This document shows, one piece after another, positions 38,352-49,029 of a stretch of 49,502 nucleotides of DNA. The notes below the pieces were generated by a model. That model was not told the origin of the DNA and did no database searches. It worked only from the letters and a program-made list of their open reading frames with translations. The stretch spans positions 1-49,502 of the forward strand of contig CACZYB010000007.1 in the NCBI GenBank assembly GCA_902785275.1. Direction: 5' to 3'. Position 1 is the stretch's first letter. Every line of letters starts with the position of its first letter. Source of the DNA: an uncultured Pseudomonadota bacterium (lineage in GTDB: Bacteria > Pseudomonadota > Alphaproteobacteria > Rs-D84 > CACZYB01). The position numbers and the translations under genes are program-made.

Positions 38352-38792
38352 CTAAACTAACTCTGAAATTCCACGTCTTGCAAGTTCATCAACACATTCA
38401 TTTTCTGGATGTCCATTATGTCCCTTTACCCAATTCCAAGAAATATTTAACCTACCTGAAAGAAAGTCAAGTTTTTCCCATAATTCTTTATTCTTAACAG
38501 GTTGTTTTTGAGAATTTCTCCAACCGTTTTTCTTCCATCCAAAAATCCAATCAGTAATACCATTTTTCACATACTGACTATCGGTATAAATTTCGACCGG
38601 AACATTTACATCACCAATAAACTCCAACGCCTTTATTACAGCAGTCAACTCCATTTTATTATTGGTTGTTGCATGCTCTCCACCATAAAGTTCAGTTTCA
38701 TTTCCGGCATTTATAACCAAAGTACCCCAACCACCATCACCTGGGTTTCCACTACATGCACCATCAGTGTAAATTATAATTTTATCATTCAT
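38352..38792 (-). CDS. rnhA: Ribonuclease HI
   Basis: YTDGACSGNPG, TTNNKMEL, TDSQY, VKNKELW, WVKGHNGHPENE. Confidence 0.97.
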   Translation of the reverse strand: MNDKIIIYTDGACSGNPGDGGWGTLVINAGNETELYGGEHATTNNKMELTAVIKALEFIGDVNVPVEIYTDSQYVKNGITDWIFGWKKNGWRNSQKQPVKNKELWEKLDFLSGRLNISWNWVKGHNGHPENECVDELARRGISELV

Positions 38793-38852
38793 TTTCTTGC
38801 TTTTTTCTCCAAAATATTGTTATATAGAAATACTAAAATAAAGGAGATAAAA

Positions 38853-40841
38853 ATGCAACAAAAAGAAATTGAAAAAATAAATAATATGGCAAATGCCGTT
38901 CGTTTTCTATCAATCGATATGATTACAAAGGCAAAATCCGGCCACCCTGGTCTTCCTATGGGATGTGCTGAACTTGCAACAACATTATTTGCAAAACATT
39001 TAAGATTCTCTGTAAACTATCCAAAATGGGAAAACAGGGACAGATTTATTCTATCTGCTGGTCATGGTTCCGCACTACTTTATTCTTTATTATATCTAAG
39101 CGGATACAAAGACATTACCATTGATGACATAAAAAACTTCCGTCAAATAGGATCAAAAACAGCCGGCCACCCGGAATATAGATTCTTGGACGGTATTGAA
39201 ACAACAACCGGCCCACTTGGTCAAGGTATTGCAACATCTGTTGGTATCGCCATTGCCGAAAAGATAAAAAAATCAAAACTCGGCTCAGATATCATTGATA
39301 ACAAAATTTATGTTTTAGCCGGTGATGGTTGCCTTATGGAAGGTATTTCAGAGGAAGCTATTTCCCTTGCTGGAACACTTAACTTAAACAACCTTATCGT
39401 TCTTTGGGATAATAACAATATCACAATAGACGGTAATGCAACCATTGCAAACAAGGTTGATATGAAGGCAAGATTCAAAGCAAACAACTGGAACGTTTTC
39501 GAAATAAAAGATGGTTATAATATAGAAGAAATTGATTCTGTAATAGAACTTGCAAAATCATCTAATAAACCTGCATTCATCGATGTTCATACGGTAATAG
39601 GTCATGGATACAAACCTGTTGAAAACAGTGCTTCTGTTCACGGTTCTCCACTTTCCGAAGAACAAATCATCGAAGCAAAATCTTCTGTAAATTACCCAGA
39701 AATTCCATTCGAAATTCCATCAGAAATTCTATCATCTTGGAAAGAAATCGGGCACAAATTTGATACAGAAGCAAAAATATTCAACGAAAAAGTTGAAAAT
39801 CTACCTGCTGATAAAAAGGAATTTTTCAACCTTATAACAAAGAAAACTTCTTCAAATATTGATTCTGTTATAACATCACTAAAAGAAAAATTCATAAAGG
39901 AAAATTATTCAAAGGCAACCCGTAACGCAAACGGTGTTATTGTTGAAGAAATAGCTGGTCTTATTCAAAACCTTATTGGTGGAACTGCTGACTTGGCTGG
40001 CCCAACAGTTGTGAAAAATAAAAACACAAAAGATATTACAGCCACAGATTTCTCGGGAAACTTCATTCACTATGGTATCCGTGAACACGAAATGGCATGT
40101 GCAATGAACGGTCTTTCACTTTCCGGATTAAAAGCTTTTGGTTCAACATTTTTCACATTCTTTGATTATCTTAAACCTGCATTAAGACTTTCTGCACTTA
40201 TGCATCAAGGTTGCGTTTACGTTTTCACACACGATAGCTTCTTTATCGGTGAAGACGGTCCAACACACCAACCAATCGAACATTTAGCAAGTCTTCGAGC
40301 AACACCAAATGTAAATGTGATTCGTCCAGCCGATGCAATAGAAGCTGCCGAAGCATGGCAAATTGCAATAAACGAAAATACAAAACCAACCGTACTTTTG
40401 TTCTCTCGCCAATCCGCTCCATTATTAAGGGCTGATGCGACAACAGAAAACAAAGTTTCACGTGGTGCATATATCATAAGTGACTTCAAAGAAGGTAAAG
40501 AAAAACTTATGACAATAATTGCAACCGGAACCGAAGTTGCCACAGCAATCGAAGTACAAAAAATACTTCTTGAAAAACACAACATCAACACACGTGTTGT
40601 TTCAATGCCATCAATGAACTTATTCGAAAATCAATCTGATGAATACAAAGAAAGTATAATAGATGACGAAACAATCACTGTTTCCATTGAAGCAGGTTCA
40701 ACATTCGGATGGGCAAAATATGCCGAAATAAACATCGGTCTTGATACATTCGGCGCATCTGCCCCAGCAAAAGATTTACAGGAAAAATTTGGATTTACTT
40801 CTGAACAAATCACACAAAAAATATTGGATAATTTAAAATAA
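38853..40841 (+). CDS. tkt: Transketolase
   Basis: SGHPG, RDRFILSAGHGS, TTGPLGQG, GDGCLMEG, YGIREH, THDS..GEDGPTHQP; start ATG 38853 after AAGGAG. Confidence 0.97.
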   Translation: MQQKEIEKINNMANAVRFLSIDMITKAKSGHPGLPMGCAELATTLFAKHLRFSVNYPKWENRDRFILSAGHGSALLYSLLYLSGYKDITIDDIKNFRQIGSKTAGHPEYRFLDGIETTTGPLGQGIATSVGIAIAEKIKKSKLGSDIIDNKIYVLAGDGCLMEGISEEAISLAGTLNLNNLIVLWDNNNITIDGNATIANKVDMKARFKANNWNVFEIKDGYNIEEIDSVIELAKSSNKPAFIDVHTVIGHGYKPVENSASVHGSPLSEEQIIEAKSSVNYPEIPFEIPSEILSSWKEIGHKFDTEAKIFNEKVENLPADKKEFFNLITKKTSSNIDSVITSLKEKFIKENYSKATRNANGVIVEEIAGLIQNLIGGTADLAGPTVVKNKNTKDITATDFSGNFIHYGIREHEMACAMNGLSLSGLKAFGSTFFTFFDYLKPALRLSALMHQGCVYVFTHDSFFIGEDGPTHQPIEHLASLRATPNVNVIRPADAIEAAEAWQIAINENTKPTVLLFSRQSAPLLRADATTENKVSRGAYIISDFKEGKEKLMTIIATGTEVATAIEVQKILLEKHNINTRVVSMPSMNLFENQSDEYKESIIDDETITVSIEAGSTFGWAKYAEINIGLDTFGASAPAKDLQEKFGFTSEQITQKILDNLK

Positions 40842-40860
40842 AATTATTCAGTAGTATTAT

Positions 40861-40901
40861 AAAAAAATCCCCCGAATACACTTGCGTTCGGGGGGATTTT
40901 T
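40861..40901. terminator. Bidirectional terminator
   Basis: AAAAATCCCCCGAA..TTCGGGGGGATTTTT between tkt and lpxI. Confidence 0.85.
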
Positions 40902-40913
40902 AAGCGAAAAAAG

Positions 40914-41729
40914 CTAAACTGCCATAACAAAAATATTATGCTTATTTGCAAAAGTTATAACTTCTTTTTCATTATCTATAATTGTTTTCCCTGCCTGTAC
41001 CACAACACCATCAAATCCAGCATTAACCAAAGATTTTATGGTATTAACACCCAAAACCGGAATATCCGCTCTAAGCTCCTGCTGTGGTTTTACAACCTTA
41101 ATCAAAATCGCCCCCCTTGAATTTTTAAGCTTTGACGCACGATTAATAAGTGCATCCGTACCACTAAATTTTTCAGTTGCGATAACAGTTTTTCCCTTAA
41201 CAATCACAGATTGTCCCTTATCTGTTAAGGCAAAATTCACAGCCTCCGGCACACCAAATTTAACATCATCCATATTCTTTAATGAGGGCAAAACATCGGT
41301 TAAAACACCCTTTTTAATCAAAAGATTTGGCATCAAATCCTGTATTCCAACAACTTTAAATCCAACCTTTTCAAATTCGGTAATAACCAAACGTAAAATT
41401 CCATCATACTTGTTTTTCATAAACAAAAGTTTGAAAAACATACGTACCAAATCAAAAGTAAACTTAAATTTTGCAGTATTAACTCCACCAACAAGGACAA
41501 CCGTATCCACACCACTTTCTTTAAAAAATAAAATAGTTTTTGAAAGCTCTGTCAAAAAAAGATTTTTATAATTTTTCGCATCAACCTTTTTTGATAAATC
41601 AGAATTAACACTTCCCGCTATTCCAACAATACTCAAAGGAATTTTATTCTTCTTCGCAAAATCCGTCACCAAAACAGGTAGATTTTTATCCCCAGCAACA
41701 AGCCCAATATGATTTACTTTAAAAGGCAT
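40914..41729 (-). CDS. lpxI: UDP-2,3-diacylglucosamine diphosphatase LpxI
   Basis: IGLVAG..LP, DKGQSV, E..GTDALI, KPQQELRADIP; directly after lpxA. Start moved to ATG 41729. Confidence 0.88.
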   Translation of the reverse strand: MPFKVNHIGLVAGDKNLPVLVTDFAKKNKIPLSIVGIAGSVNSDLSKKVDAKNYKNLFLTELSKTILFFKESGVDTVVLVGGVNTAKFKFTFDLVRMFFKLLFMKNKYDGILRLVITEFEKVGFKVVGIQDLMPNLLIKKGVLTDVLPSLKNMDDVKFGVPEAVNFALTDKGQSVIVKGKTVIATEKFSGTDALINRASKLKNSRGAILIKVVKPQQELRADIPVLGVNTIKSLVNAGFDGVVVQAGKTIIDNEKEVITFANKHNIFVMAV

Positions 41730-41739
41730 ACCAAAAACC

Positions 41740-42585
41740 TTATTCTGCACCTTCTTCAGCAGAAGATTTTTTATTTCTTGGTTTACAAATAATACGTCTG
41801 GAATCATGTTCTATGAAATTAAAAATTTCATCAGCAACTGTTTTTCCAGAATATACCGACTTTGCCATTGCAAGACGTTCACTCCACAAACCTTCATCAG
41901 AAATAAACAAAGCTTTATAAACTTCTTTTATTGTTCTAATATCTTCCAATGAAAACTTGTTTCGTTTAAGTCCAACAAGGTTAAGCCCATCCAAACTTTG
42001 AGGATTACCATCACTCATAGAAAAAGGAATAACATCTTGTGTAATCTTTGAACAACCACCAACAATCGCATACTTACCAACAGTACAGAATTGATGTATC
42101 GCAGTACAACCGCCAATAATTGCCTTTTCCTGAATAATAACTTCACCACCCAATGTTGTAGCCTGTGAAAGAAGTGCACCATCACGAACTTGACAGTCAT
42201 GACCAATATGAGTATGAGACATCAAAAATACATGATTTCCAATCCATGTCCCCTTTGCACCCAAAGGTGTTCCAGCATGAATATTTGTAAATTCCCTGAT
42301 ATCACAGTTATTTCCAATAGTAACAGTTGTAGCCTGTTCAGCAGTAAACTTCAAATCATGAGATTTATTTCCAATAATAACAAATTGGTGAATAAGGTTA
42401 TCATCACCAATAGTTGTCTTACCTTCAATAATAACATTTGATTTCAAGACATTATTTTTACCAATTTTAACATCAGGTCCAATAATACACCAAGGTCCAA
42501 TCTTTGTACCTTCGCCAATTTGTGCATTCTCATCCACAAAAGATGTTGGATGAATTTCTACATTTAAAAATTTTTCATTACTCAT
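41740..42585 (-). CDS. lpxA: Acyl-ACP--UDP-GlcNAc O-acyltransferase
   Basis: IHPT, hexapeptide repeats, IREFTNIHAGT, HIGHDC, IHQF, GLNLVGLKR; start MSNEK at 42585. Confidence 0.95.
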   Translation of the reverse strand: MSNEKFLNVEIHPTSFVDENAQIGEGTKIGPWCIIGPDVKIGKNNVLKSNVIIEGKTTIGDDNLIHQFVIIGNKSHDLKFTAEQATTVTIGNNCDIREFTNIHAGTPLGAKGTWIGNHVFLMSHTHIGHDCQVRDGALLSQATTLGGEVIIQEKAIIGGCTAIHQFCTVGKYAIVGGCSKITQDVIPFSMSDGNPQSLDGLNLVGLKRNKFSLEDIRTIKEVYKALFISDEGLWSERLAMAKSVYSGKTVADEIFNFIEHDSRRIICKPRNKKSSAEEGAE

Positions 42586-42733
42586 AACAAATTCCTTATT
42601 CTTTATAAAAGAATAATATCTTCTGTACAACACATCAATACAAGAATTATTTCAAATTGTTACAAAAAATTGATTTGTAAAAATCTCCTAAAAAAAGTAA
42701 AATAATCCCATTAACACAAATAAAAGGGTAAAA

Positions 42734-43288
42734 ATGAATAAAGAAGAAACATTAAGTAAAATAAAAAGTTATGGTGAAAATTTCGAACTTGGCGATTACG
42801 TTATTTTGAAAAAACCTGAACTTTTAACTATTGGTCATGATTGTCGTATTGCTGATTTTTGTCGTATTTCATGCGAAGCAAACATAGGCGACTATGTTGA
42901 AATCGCCCCATATACATCAATCGCAGGTGGTGGTGGAAAATTTTCATTCACTATGAAGGGATTTTCTTCACTCTCCTCTGGCGTAAGAATTTGGCTCTCC
43001 AGCAATGACTATGTGAATGAGCTTGTAACCCACGCCGTACCAACAGTACGCGAAATTATGGGTAACGTTACAATGGAAAAATATACTGGTATCGGTGCAA
43101 ACTCTGTAATTATGCCAAATAACCACATTCCAGAAGGTGTGACAATCGGTGCCCTAAGCTTTGTTCCAGAAAATTATCCATTTGAGGAATGGACCGTATA
43201 TGCCGGTTGCCCAATAAAACCTATTAAAAAAAGAGATAAAGAAAAAGTTCTTAAACCTCTTTATGATTTAGGCATCCTAAAGAAATAA
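42734..43288 (+). CDS. Hexapeptide-repeat (left-handed beta-helix) acyltransferase, sugar O/N-acetyltransferase-like
   Basis: IGHDCRIADF, IGDYVEIA, IGANSVIMP, IGALSFV, YAGCPIK. Confidence 0.85.
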   Translation: MNKEETLSKIKSYGENFELGDYVILKKPELLTIGHDCRIADFCRISCEANIGDYVEIAPYTSIAGGGGKFSFTMKGFSSLSSGVRIWLSSNDYVNELVTHAVPTVREIMGNVTMEKYTGIGANSVIMPNNHIPEGVTIGALSFVPENYPFEEWTVYAGCPIKPIKKRDKEKVLKPLYDLGILKK

Positions 43289-43323
43289 AAAAACTCCCTA
43301 TCATACAAGGTGGGGAATTTTTT
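43289..43323. terminator. Probable bidirectional terminator
   Basis: AAAAACTCCCTATC..GGTGGGGAATTTTT between convergent genes. Confidence 0.6.
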
Positions 43324-43339
43324 ACAAAAGTTAAAAATA

Positions 43340-44281
43340 TTATATCTGGAATTTCAAACCTACTGTTGCAATATGAGCCTCAAGCTCTGATTCTAATTGA
43401 ATATCATAAACAGTCGTTCCATTATCCATACCAATATCAGTTTTTACATAACCAAAATTATAATATCTGTAACCTATATCAAGGGAAATATAGTTGTTAA
43501 GTCCGGCAGTAAATCCTGCACCATAAACAATAGTTCTATTTCTTTGATCTTTTCCAGCAATAGTAAATGAATTACCAAATCTGTCTGTAAAAGCAATATC
43601 CCCAAGATTTATTTCTGTTGCACCAATACCTGCCATCACATAAGGGACAAACAACAAATATGGTTTTTGTCTTTTTCCAACTAAATCAAGATAAACATTA
43701 ACTGAACCACCCTTTAAATCAATAGTTCCATTATATTTTTGTGAATAATCTTCAACAATATTCAAACCTTCCATTTCAATTTCTTTTCCAAGACGGAAAT
43801 AAGAAAGTTCCATACGGAATATATTTGCCGAGTTAATACCAAACGAAGCAGAAAGAAAATAATCATCTTTGTATTCTACATTAAATGGATTTGTTACACC
43901 TTCCTCAGAACAAAAGAATGCTGACTTATACGCACCATTACATTTATTTACATCTTCAAAAAACATATCATTCTTTGTATAGAAATAACCACCATAAACA
44001 CCCAAATAAATACGTTTAAGTCTTGGAAGATCCTCTTCTTTTTCTGAAAAATACTCATTATTTTTAGTTTGAACATTATCTTCAACAACTTCATCATCAT
44101 AATCATAAGTTTTCTCAGGTTCAGATTTTTTATAAACTTTTACCTCTGAATTCATATCACTTTTTCTTGCAAGATACATTCTTTCAACATTTTCCTTTGA
44201 AGTAAATAAATCCTGTGCAAAAGCAGGCATACTCAAACTTGCAAGCCAAATTAAAACTAAACTTTTAACAGTATTTTTCAT
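43340..44281 (-). CDS. Outer-membrane beta-barrel protein (opacity/OMP 8-strand type)
   Basis: Signal peptide ending AFA; YLGVYGG, FRMELSY, PYVMAGIG, LDIGYRY, VGLKFQI. Confidence 0.85.
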   Translation of the reverse strand: MKNTVKSLVLIWLASLSMPAFAQDLFTSKENVERMYLARKSDMNSEVKVYKKSEPEKTYDYDDEVVEDNVQTKNNEYFSEKEEDLPRLKRIYLGVYGGYFYTKNDMFFEDVNKCNGAYKSAFFCSEEGVTNPFNVEYKDDYFLSASFGINSANIFRMELSYFRLGKEIEMEGLNIVEDYSQKYNGTIDLKGGSVNVYLDLVGKRQKPYLLFVPYVMAGIGATEINLGDIAFTDRFGNSFTIAGKDQRNRTIVYGAGFTAGLNNYISLDIGYRYYNFGYVKTDIGMDNGTTVYDIQLESELEAHIATVGLKFQI

Positions 44282-44363
44282 TTTATTTCCCCTGTTTAAT
44301 TTTCAATTTAGACATAAATTACAACAAATATTTTATTTTGTCAAGCATTTTGTACACAAAAAG

Positions 44364-44384
44364 AAAAAGGCGACAAAATCGCCT
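44364..44384 (-). terminator. Terminator after engB
   Basis: Minus strand AGGCGA-TTTTG-TCGCCT-TTTT. Confidence 0.7.
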
Positions 44385-44408
44385 AATCTCAAACAGATAA
44401 AAATAATT

Positions 44409-45014
44409 TTATTTAATTAAATCAAAAATTTCGCCACGTATTTCGTCCAAACCAATAGCTTTTTCACTACTAGTCAAAAGAACGATAGGATGCATTGCGG
44501 CATGCTCCTTATAAATAGCAGAAATATCATCCTTAACCTTCAATGCTTCTTTTTCCGAAACTTTATCAAGTTTAGTAAGGACAATCTGATAATTCACGGC
44601 CGACACATCAAGCATCTTCATCATATCCAAATCAACCTGCTTTATCCCCTGCCTTGAATCAATAAGCAAAAACACACGACGAAGTTGAGCCCTACCCTTT
44701 AAATAAGTATTAACATTGTCGTTCCAATTTTTCACAACATCCTTAGGCGCCTTTGCAAAACCATACCCAGGCAAATCAACAACCATAAGCTTTTCTTGCA
44801 TATTAAAGAAATTAAGTTGTTGTGTACGTCCCGGAGTAGCCGAAGTCTTTGCCAACCCCGGTACATTAAATATTGCATTAATAAGGGAAGACTTTCCGAC
44901 ATTCGACCTTCCAATAAATGCAATTTCCTTTAAATTTGAAAAAGGAATTTGCATAACACTTGGAAAACTTCCAATAAACACAGGTTTAATTTTGTAAAAG
45001 TCTTTTAAATTCAT
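44409..45014 (-). CDS. engB: Ribosome biogenesis GTPase EngB/YihA
   Basis: GRSNVGKSS, TPGRT, DLPGYG, TKLD. Confidence 0.96.
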   Translation of the reverse strand: MNLKDFYKIKPVFIGSFPSVMQIPFSNLKEIAFIGRSNVGKSSLINAIFNVPGLAKTSATPGRTQQLNFFNMQEKLMVVDLPGYGFAKAPKDVVKNWNDNVNTYLKGRAQLRRVFLLIDSRQGIKQVDLDMMKMLDVSAVNYQIVLTKLDKVSEKEALKVKDDISAIYKEHAAMHPIVLLTSSEKAIGLDEIRGEIFDLIK

Positions 45015-45026
45015 AGTAAACTTCCC

Positions 45027-46694
45027 TTATTTAATAAACTTTTGTTGAATAATACTCAACACATTATTTACAGTCCAATAAAGAACCAAACCACTTGGAA
45101 GACCACCAAACATCACAACAAAGATTAAAGGTAAGAACTTCATCATCTTTGCTTGAGTAGCATCAGTCGAAACCATAGGCTGCATTTTTTGTTGAATATA
45201 CATTGTTACACCCATAAGTATTGGCAATACCCCAAGATGTGGAAGCCAAGAATATGGTGTGAATGGCAACAATCCAAAAAGATTAAATACACTTGTTGGA
45301 TCTGGTGCTGATAAGTCCTTTATCCACAAAATAAATGGAGCTTGTCTCATCTCAATAGAAATCACCAAAGATTTATAAAGAGCAAAAAATACAGGTACCT
45401 GTACAAGCATTGGTAAACATCCAGAAAGTGGATTTATACCATGTTTTTTGTAAAGCATAGCAAGTTGCATATTCATCATTTGCTTATTTCCAGCATACAT
45501 TGTTTGAATACGCTTCATTTCCGGTTGCATTTTTTTCATCTTTTCCATACTTTTGAAAGATTTCTGTGCAATAGGGAACAACAAAGCCCTTATCAATATA
45601 GTAAACAAGATAATTGCGACACCAAAATTTCCAGTAAAATCATAGAATAATTTTAAAATTTTTGTAAATGGTTTTGAAAGGATATAAAAATATCCATAAT
45701 CAATCACCAAATCAAATTTTGGAATTGAATACTCTTTTTCATACTTTGAAATTATATCTGACTCTTTGGCACCCAAATAAGCTCTTGCAACAACAGATTC
45801 TGTTTTTTTAGGGGCAACCTTCACAACATCACGAACATAATCTGCCTGATATTGTTTATATCTCACAGAAGAAGTTTTTGGAACAGAAGCATCCCCAATT
45901 TCCAAAACTCTGGCTGTAAAGTTTTGATTATTTTCATCAGGAACCAAAACAGACATAAAATAATCTGATCCAAACCCAAGCCATCCATCCTTTGAATTAA
46001 ATTCATAAAGTTTTGAACCAGAAATTTTGTTATATCTATATTCTTCCAAAGAATTATTCAAATATCCAACAAATCCAGTATGTGATGATGAAATTGGTGC
46101 ATACTCATCATTTGATTTCACAACTCTAGCATAAGGGTAAAATTCCACATCAATATTTGAATTATTTTGAACCTTATCAGTCACAGTTAACATATAATCA
46201 TCATCAAAAGAAAGCTCTCTGATAAACTTAATTTTTCTTGAATTAGTCCATTCCAAAACAATTTTGCTATCTGTTTTTGAAACAACTTTCCACTCTGTTG
46301 TATTTGTTGGAAAAAGGTTTTCCCCTTCCTGTGCAGGAAGCAACCCAAACTCCACATATGATGATTTTTCGGCATCATCTTTTTCATCCTTCACATATTT
46401 CAAAAGCTCTACATTTTTGGAATTTTCAGCCAAACTTTTCTTATATTTCTTAAGGATTATATCATCAATCCTTAAACCAACGGTATTGAAATTTCCCTTC
46501 AAAAGCTTTGTTTCAAAAGGCACCAAATTTCTTTTTACCTCAACCTTTTTTGTAAGGCTAATTGGATTTATAGTTTTTAAATCCTCCTTTTTCTTTCCAA
46601 AAAGGATATTAAGAACCATAAAAACAAAAAATACATACAAAAAAGTTTTAAAAAAACTTGGACGTTGCATATTTGGAGTAACATTTTTTTCCAT
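45027..46694 (-). CDS. yidC: Membrane protein insertase YidC
   Basis: TM1, periplasmic domain, GNFGVAII, NPLSGCLP, WIKDLSAPDP, PSGLVLYW. Confidence 0.96.
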   Translation of the reverse strand: MEKNVTPNMQRPSFFKTFLYVFFVFMVLNILFGKKKEDLKTINPISLTKKVEVKRNLVPFETKLLKGNFNTVGLRIDDIILKKYKKSLAENSKNVELLKYVKDEKDDAEKSSYVEFGLLPAQEGENLFPTNTTEWKVVSKTDSKIVLEWTNSRKIKFIRELSFDDDYMLTVTDKVQNNSNIDVEFYPYARVVKSNDEYAPISSSHTGFVGYLNNSLEEYRYNKISGSKLYEFNSKDGWLGFGSDYFMSVLVPDENNQNFTARVLEIGDASVPKTSSVRYKQYQADYVRDVVKVAPKKTESVVARAYLGAKESDIISKYEKEYSIPKFDLVIDYGYFYILSKPFTKILKLFYDFTGNFGVAIILFTILIRALLFPIAQKSFKSMEKMKKMQPEMKRIQTMYAGNKQMMNMQLAMLYKKHGINPLSGCLPMLVQVPVFFALYKSLVISIEMRQAPFILWIKDLSAPDPTSVFNLFGLLPFTPYSWLPHLGVLPILMGVTMYIQQKMQPMVSTDATQAKMMKFLPLIFVVMFGGLPSGLVLYWTVNNVLSIIQQKFIK

Positions 46695-46696
46695 AA

Positions 46697-46936
46697 TTAT
46701 TTCCTTTCACTTTTCTTTTCCGGAGGAGGATCAAACCCACCATCACAAAAAGGATTACAGCGTAAAATTCTCTTTATTGTCAAATAACTGCCCTTAACTA
46801 TACCAAAATTTTTTAAAACTTCAATAGAATAATCCGAACACCTTGGGAAAAACCTACATCTATACCTTCCACCAAACAGTGGCGATATAAATATCTGATA
46901 CCCACGAATAATCATAATAAAGAATTTTACTAACAT
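46697..46936 (-). CDS. yidD: Membrane protein insertion efficiency factor
   Basis: [29 protein letters not shown]. Confidence 0.95.
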   Translation of the reverse strand: MLVKFFIMIIRGYQIFISPLFGGRYRCRFFPRCSDYSIEVLKNFGIVKGSYLTIKRILRCNPFCDGGFDPPPEKKSERK

Positions 46937-47041
46937 ACCAAAAAGATACTTGTAAAATAAATAAAACTCAAGTTAATAATTGATTTAAATTTCTTTTATT
47001 GTAATATAGTCTTTCAAAATAATAAATAACAAAGGAATATC

Positions 47042-47773
47042 ATGCCACTTAACAAAGAAGATTTTGAATTTATACATTTTGAAACCATAGACAGCACAAA
47101 TAACTATGCAAAAACTCTTTGTAAACTAGGGGTAACAAACCGCGTGGTAATTGCCGATACCCAAACTGCGGGCCGTACTACTAAAAAGCAAGGCTGGATA
47201 AGTCCAAAGGGAAACCTTTACTTTACAATGCTTCTTCCATTAAAAGATACCAAAAATCTTTCAAAATATTCATTTCTATCTGCACTATCCATTGCCCAAG
47301 CGGTAAAACAAATTGATACAAAGAACAATGTTATCAAAATAAAATGGCCAAATGATATTTTACTTAATACTCAAAAACTTTGCGGTATTTTAATAGAAAA
47401 AGAAGACGATAACGTAATAATTGGTATTGGGGTAAACATAAATTCATCCCCAGATTCAAACCTAACCCGTTACCCAACAACAAATCTTTTAACAAACGGA
47501 ATTATTACTACTCCTAATGATTTATCACATCTTATACTTGAAAATCTTATAAATAATGTGAATTTGTATGAAAGCAACGGATTCGAAAAAATACTTTCAC
47601 TTATCACACCATATATGTATAAATTCAAAGAAAATATATTCATCGCCACACCAAACAAAACCATCACCGGTATATTCGAAGGCCTAAGTCCTGATGGTGC
47701 ACTAATTCTAAACACAGGAAATGAAACCCAAATTATAATATCGGGTGAAATGACAAAGGAAAATTTCATATAA
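47042..47773 (+). CDS. birA: Biotin--protein ligase (no HTH)
   Basis: IDSTN, QTAGR, WISP, IKWPND, KLCGIL, GIGVN. Confidence 0.93.
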   Translation: MPLNKEDFEFIHFETIDSTNNYAKTLCKLGVTNRVVIADTQTAGRTTKKQGWISPKGNLYFTMLLPLKDTKNLSKYSFLSALSIAQAVKQIDTKNNVIKIKWPNDILLNTQKLCGILIEKEDDNVIIGIGVNINSSPDSNLTRYPTTNLLTNGIITTPNDLSHLILENLINNVNLYESNGFEKILSLITPYMYKFKENIFIATPNKTITGIFEGLSPDGALILNTGNETQIIISGEMTKENFI

Positions 47774-47895
47774 AATTTCCTCGTTTTTCCATAATGTTAT
47801 AAAAATACAAGAAAAAAATTAAAAAAAATTTTCAAATCCCCTGTTGCAAGGACCTCAAAAATGTGATATTATAAAAAAGTCGAAATGAGGGAACA

Positions 47896-49029
47896 ATGGC
47901 AGGAGAGAAAATAAATCTTTTAAAATTTGTGAGTATAGTCTGTTTAGGGCTAAGCTCCTGCCGTTCATCTCGAATTGATAACAGAATTTCCTTTAAAAAA
48001 TCAGAAAAGAAAATGAAACTAACTGAGTTAAAATTCTCCGATCTTCCAGGTTGGAAAATTGATAACCCGGCAAAAGCGTTAGAAGCATTCCAAAAGTCTT
48101 GTATAAAAATAATGAACGAAGGTGATTTTGTTGCATCCTCCCAAATCGTTATATCGGCAAGCTTTATGAAAGAAGCATGTGCCGCTATCCCTGAAACTCC
48201 TATCACAAAAGAATTGGCAAAAACATATTTCGAATATTGGTTCGCTCCATACAAGGTTCAAACTATGGACGATTCTGATAAAGGTACAATCACCGGCTAT
48301 TACGAAACCGAACTTGAAGGTGATATAAAACCATCTTGTACATACCTTAACCCAATATACGGAAGACCATCTGACCTTCCAATAAACGGCAAAAAATATC
48401 TATCAAGAAAAGAAATCGAAAGTGGTAAATTAAGAAACAAAGCCCCTGTTCTTTTCTGGGCCAAAAATCAATCTGACGTAATTTTACTTCATATTCAAGG
48501 TTCTGGTGTCGTAACCACACCAGATGGCAAACACTATCGTGTTGGATATGCCGGAAATAACGGATACTCATTCAAAGGTATTGGTTCTATTTTAATGAGC
48601 CATAATATAAAGCCAGAAGGTGGCTATTCCATGACATCTGTAAAACAATGGCTTGATACCCACCCTACACAAACAAAACAACTTATTCTTGAAAACGACA
48701 GATACATATTCTTCCAAGATATCGAAGGCGAAGGTCCAATCGGTGCAATGGGTGTACCACTTACACCAGAACGAAGCATCGCCGTTGATCCAGAATTTAT
48801 CCCTCTTGGATTACCTCTTTTCTTGGAAACAAAAGATGCTGACGGACAAAAGATTGAACGTACTGTTGTCGCCCAAGATATTGGTGCCGCAATCAAGGGA
48901 GCAATCCGCGCAGATCTTTTCTGGGGAAAAGGCAAACGTGCATTCTCAAAGGCCGGCCGTCAACACGCCCAAGGATCATACTACATCCTTCTTCCAAAAG
49001 AAGGTAAAAACTTTGCTGTAAAGAAATAA
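47896..49029 (+). CDS. mltA: Membrane-bound lytic transglycosylase A
   Basis: Lipobox-like LSSC, TGYYE, HIQGSG, SIAVD, AQDIGAAIKG..RADLFWG. Confidence 0.94.
   Translation: MAGEKINLLKFVSIVCLGLSSCRSSRIDNRISFKKSEKKMKLTELKFSDLPGWKIDNPAKALEAFQKSCIKIMNEGDFVASSQIVISASFMKEACAAIPETPITKELAKTYFEYWFAPYKVQTMDDSDKGTITGYYETELEGDIKPSCTYLNPIYGRPSDLPINGKKYLSRKEIESGKLRNKAPVLFWAKNQSDVILLHIQGSGVVTTPDGKHYRVGYAGNNGYSFKGIGSILMSHNIKPEGGYSMTSVKQWLDTHPTQTKQLILENDRYIFFQDIEGEGPIGAMGVPLTPERSIAVDPEFIPLGLPLFLETKDADGQKIERTVVAQDIGAAIKGAIRADLFWGKGKRAFSKAGRQHAQGSYYILLPKEGKNFAVKK

Noticed and set aside
38502-38852. 117-aa N-terminal extension of transketolase in the ORF track
   Set aside because: It overlaps rnhA on the opposite strand; a good RBS and ATG lie at 38853.
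41038-48935. Longer antisense ORFs (41038-41571, 46264-46797, 47832-48254, 48624-48935)
   Set aside because: They lie opposite well-supported genes and carry no motifs.
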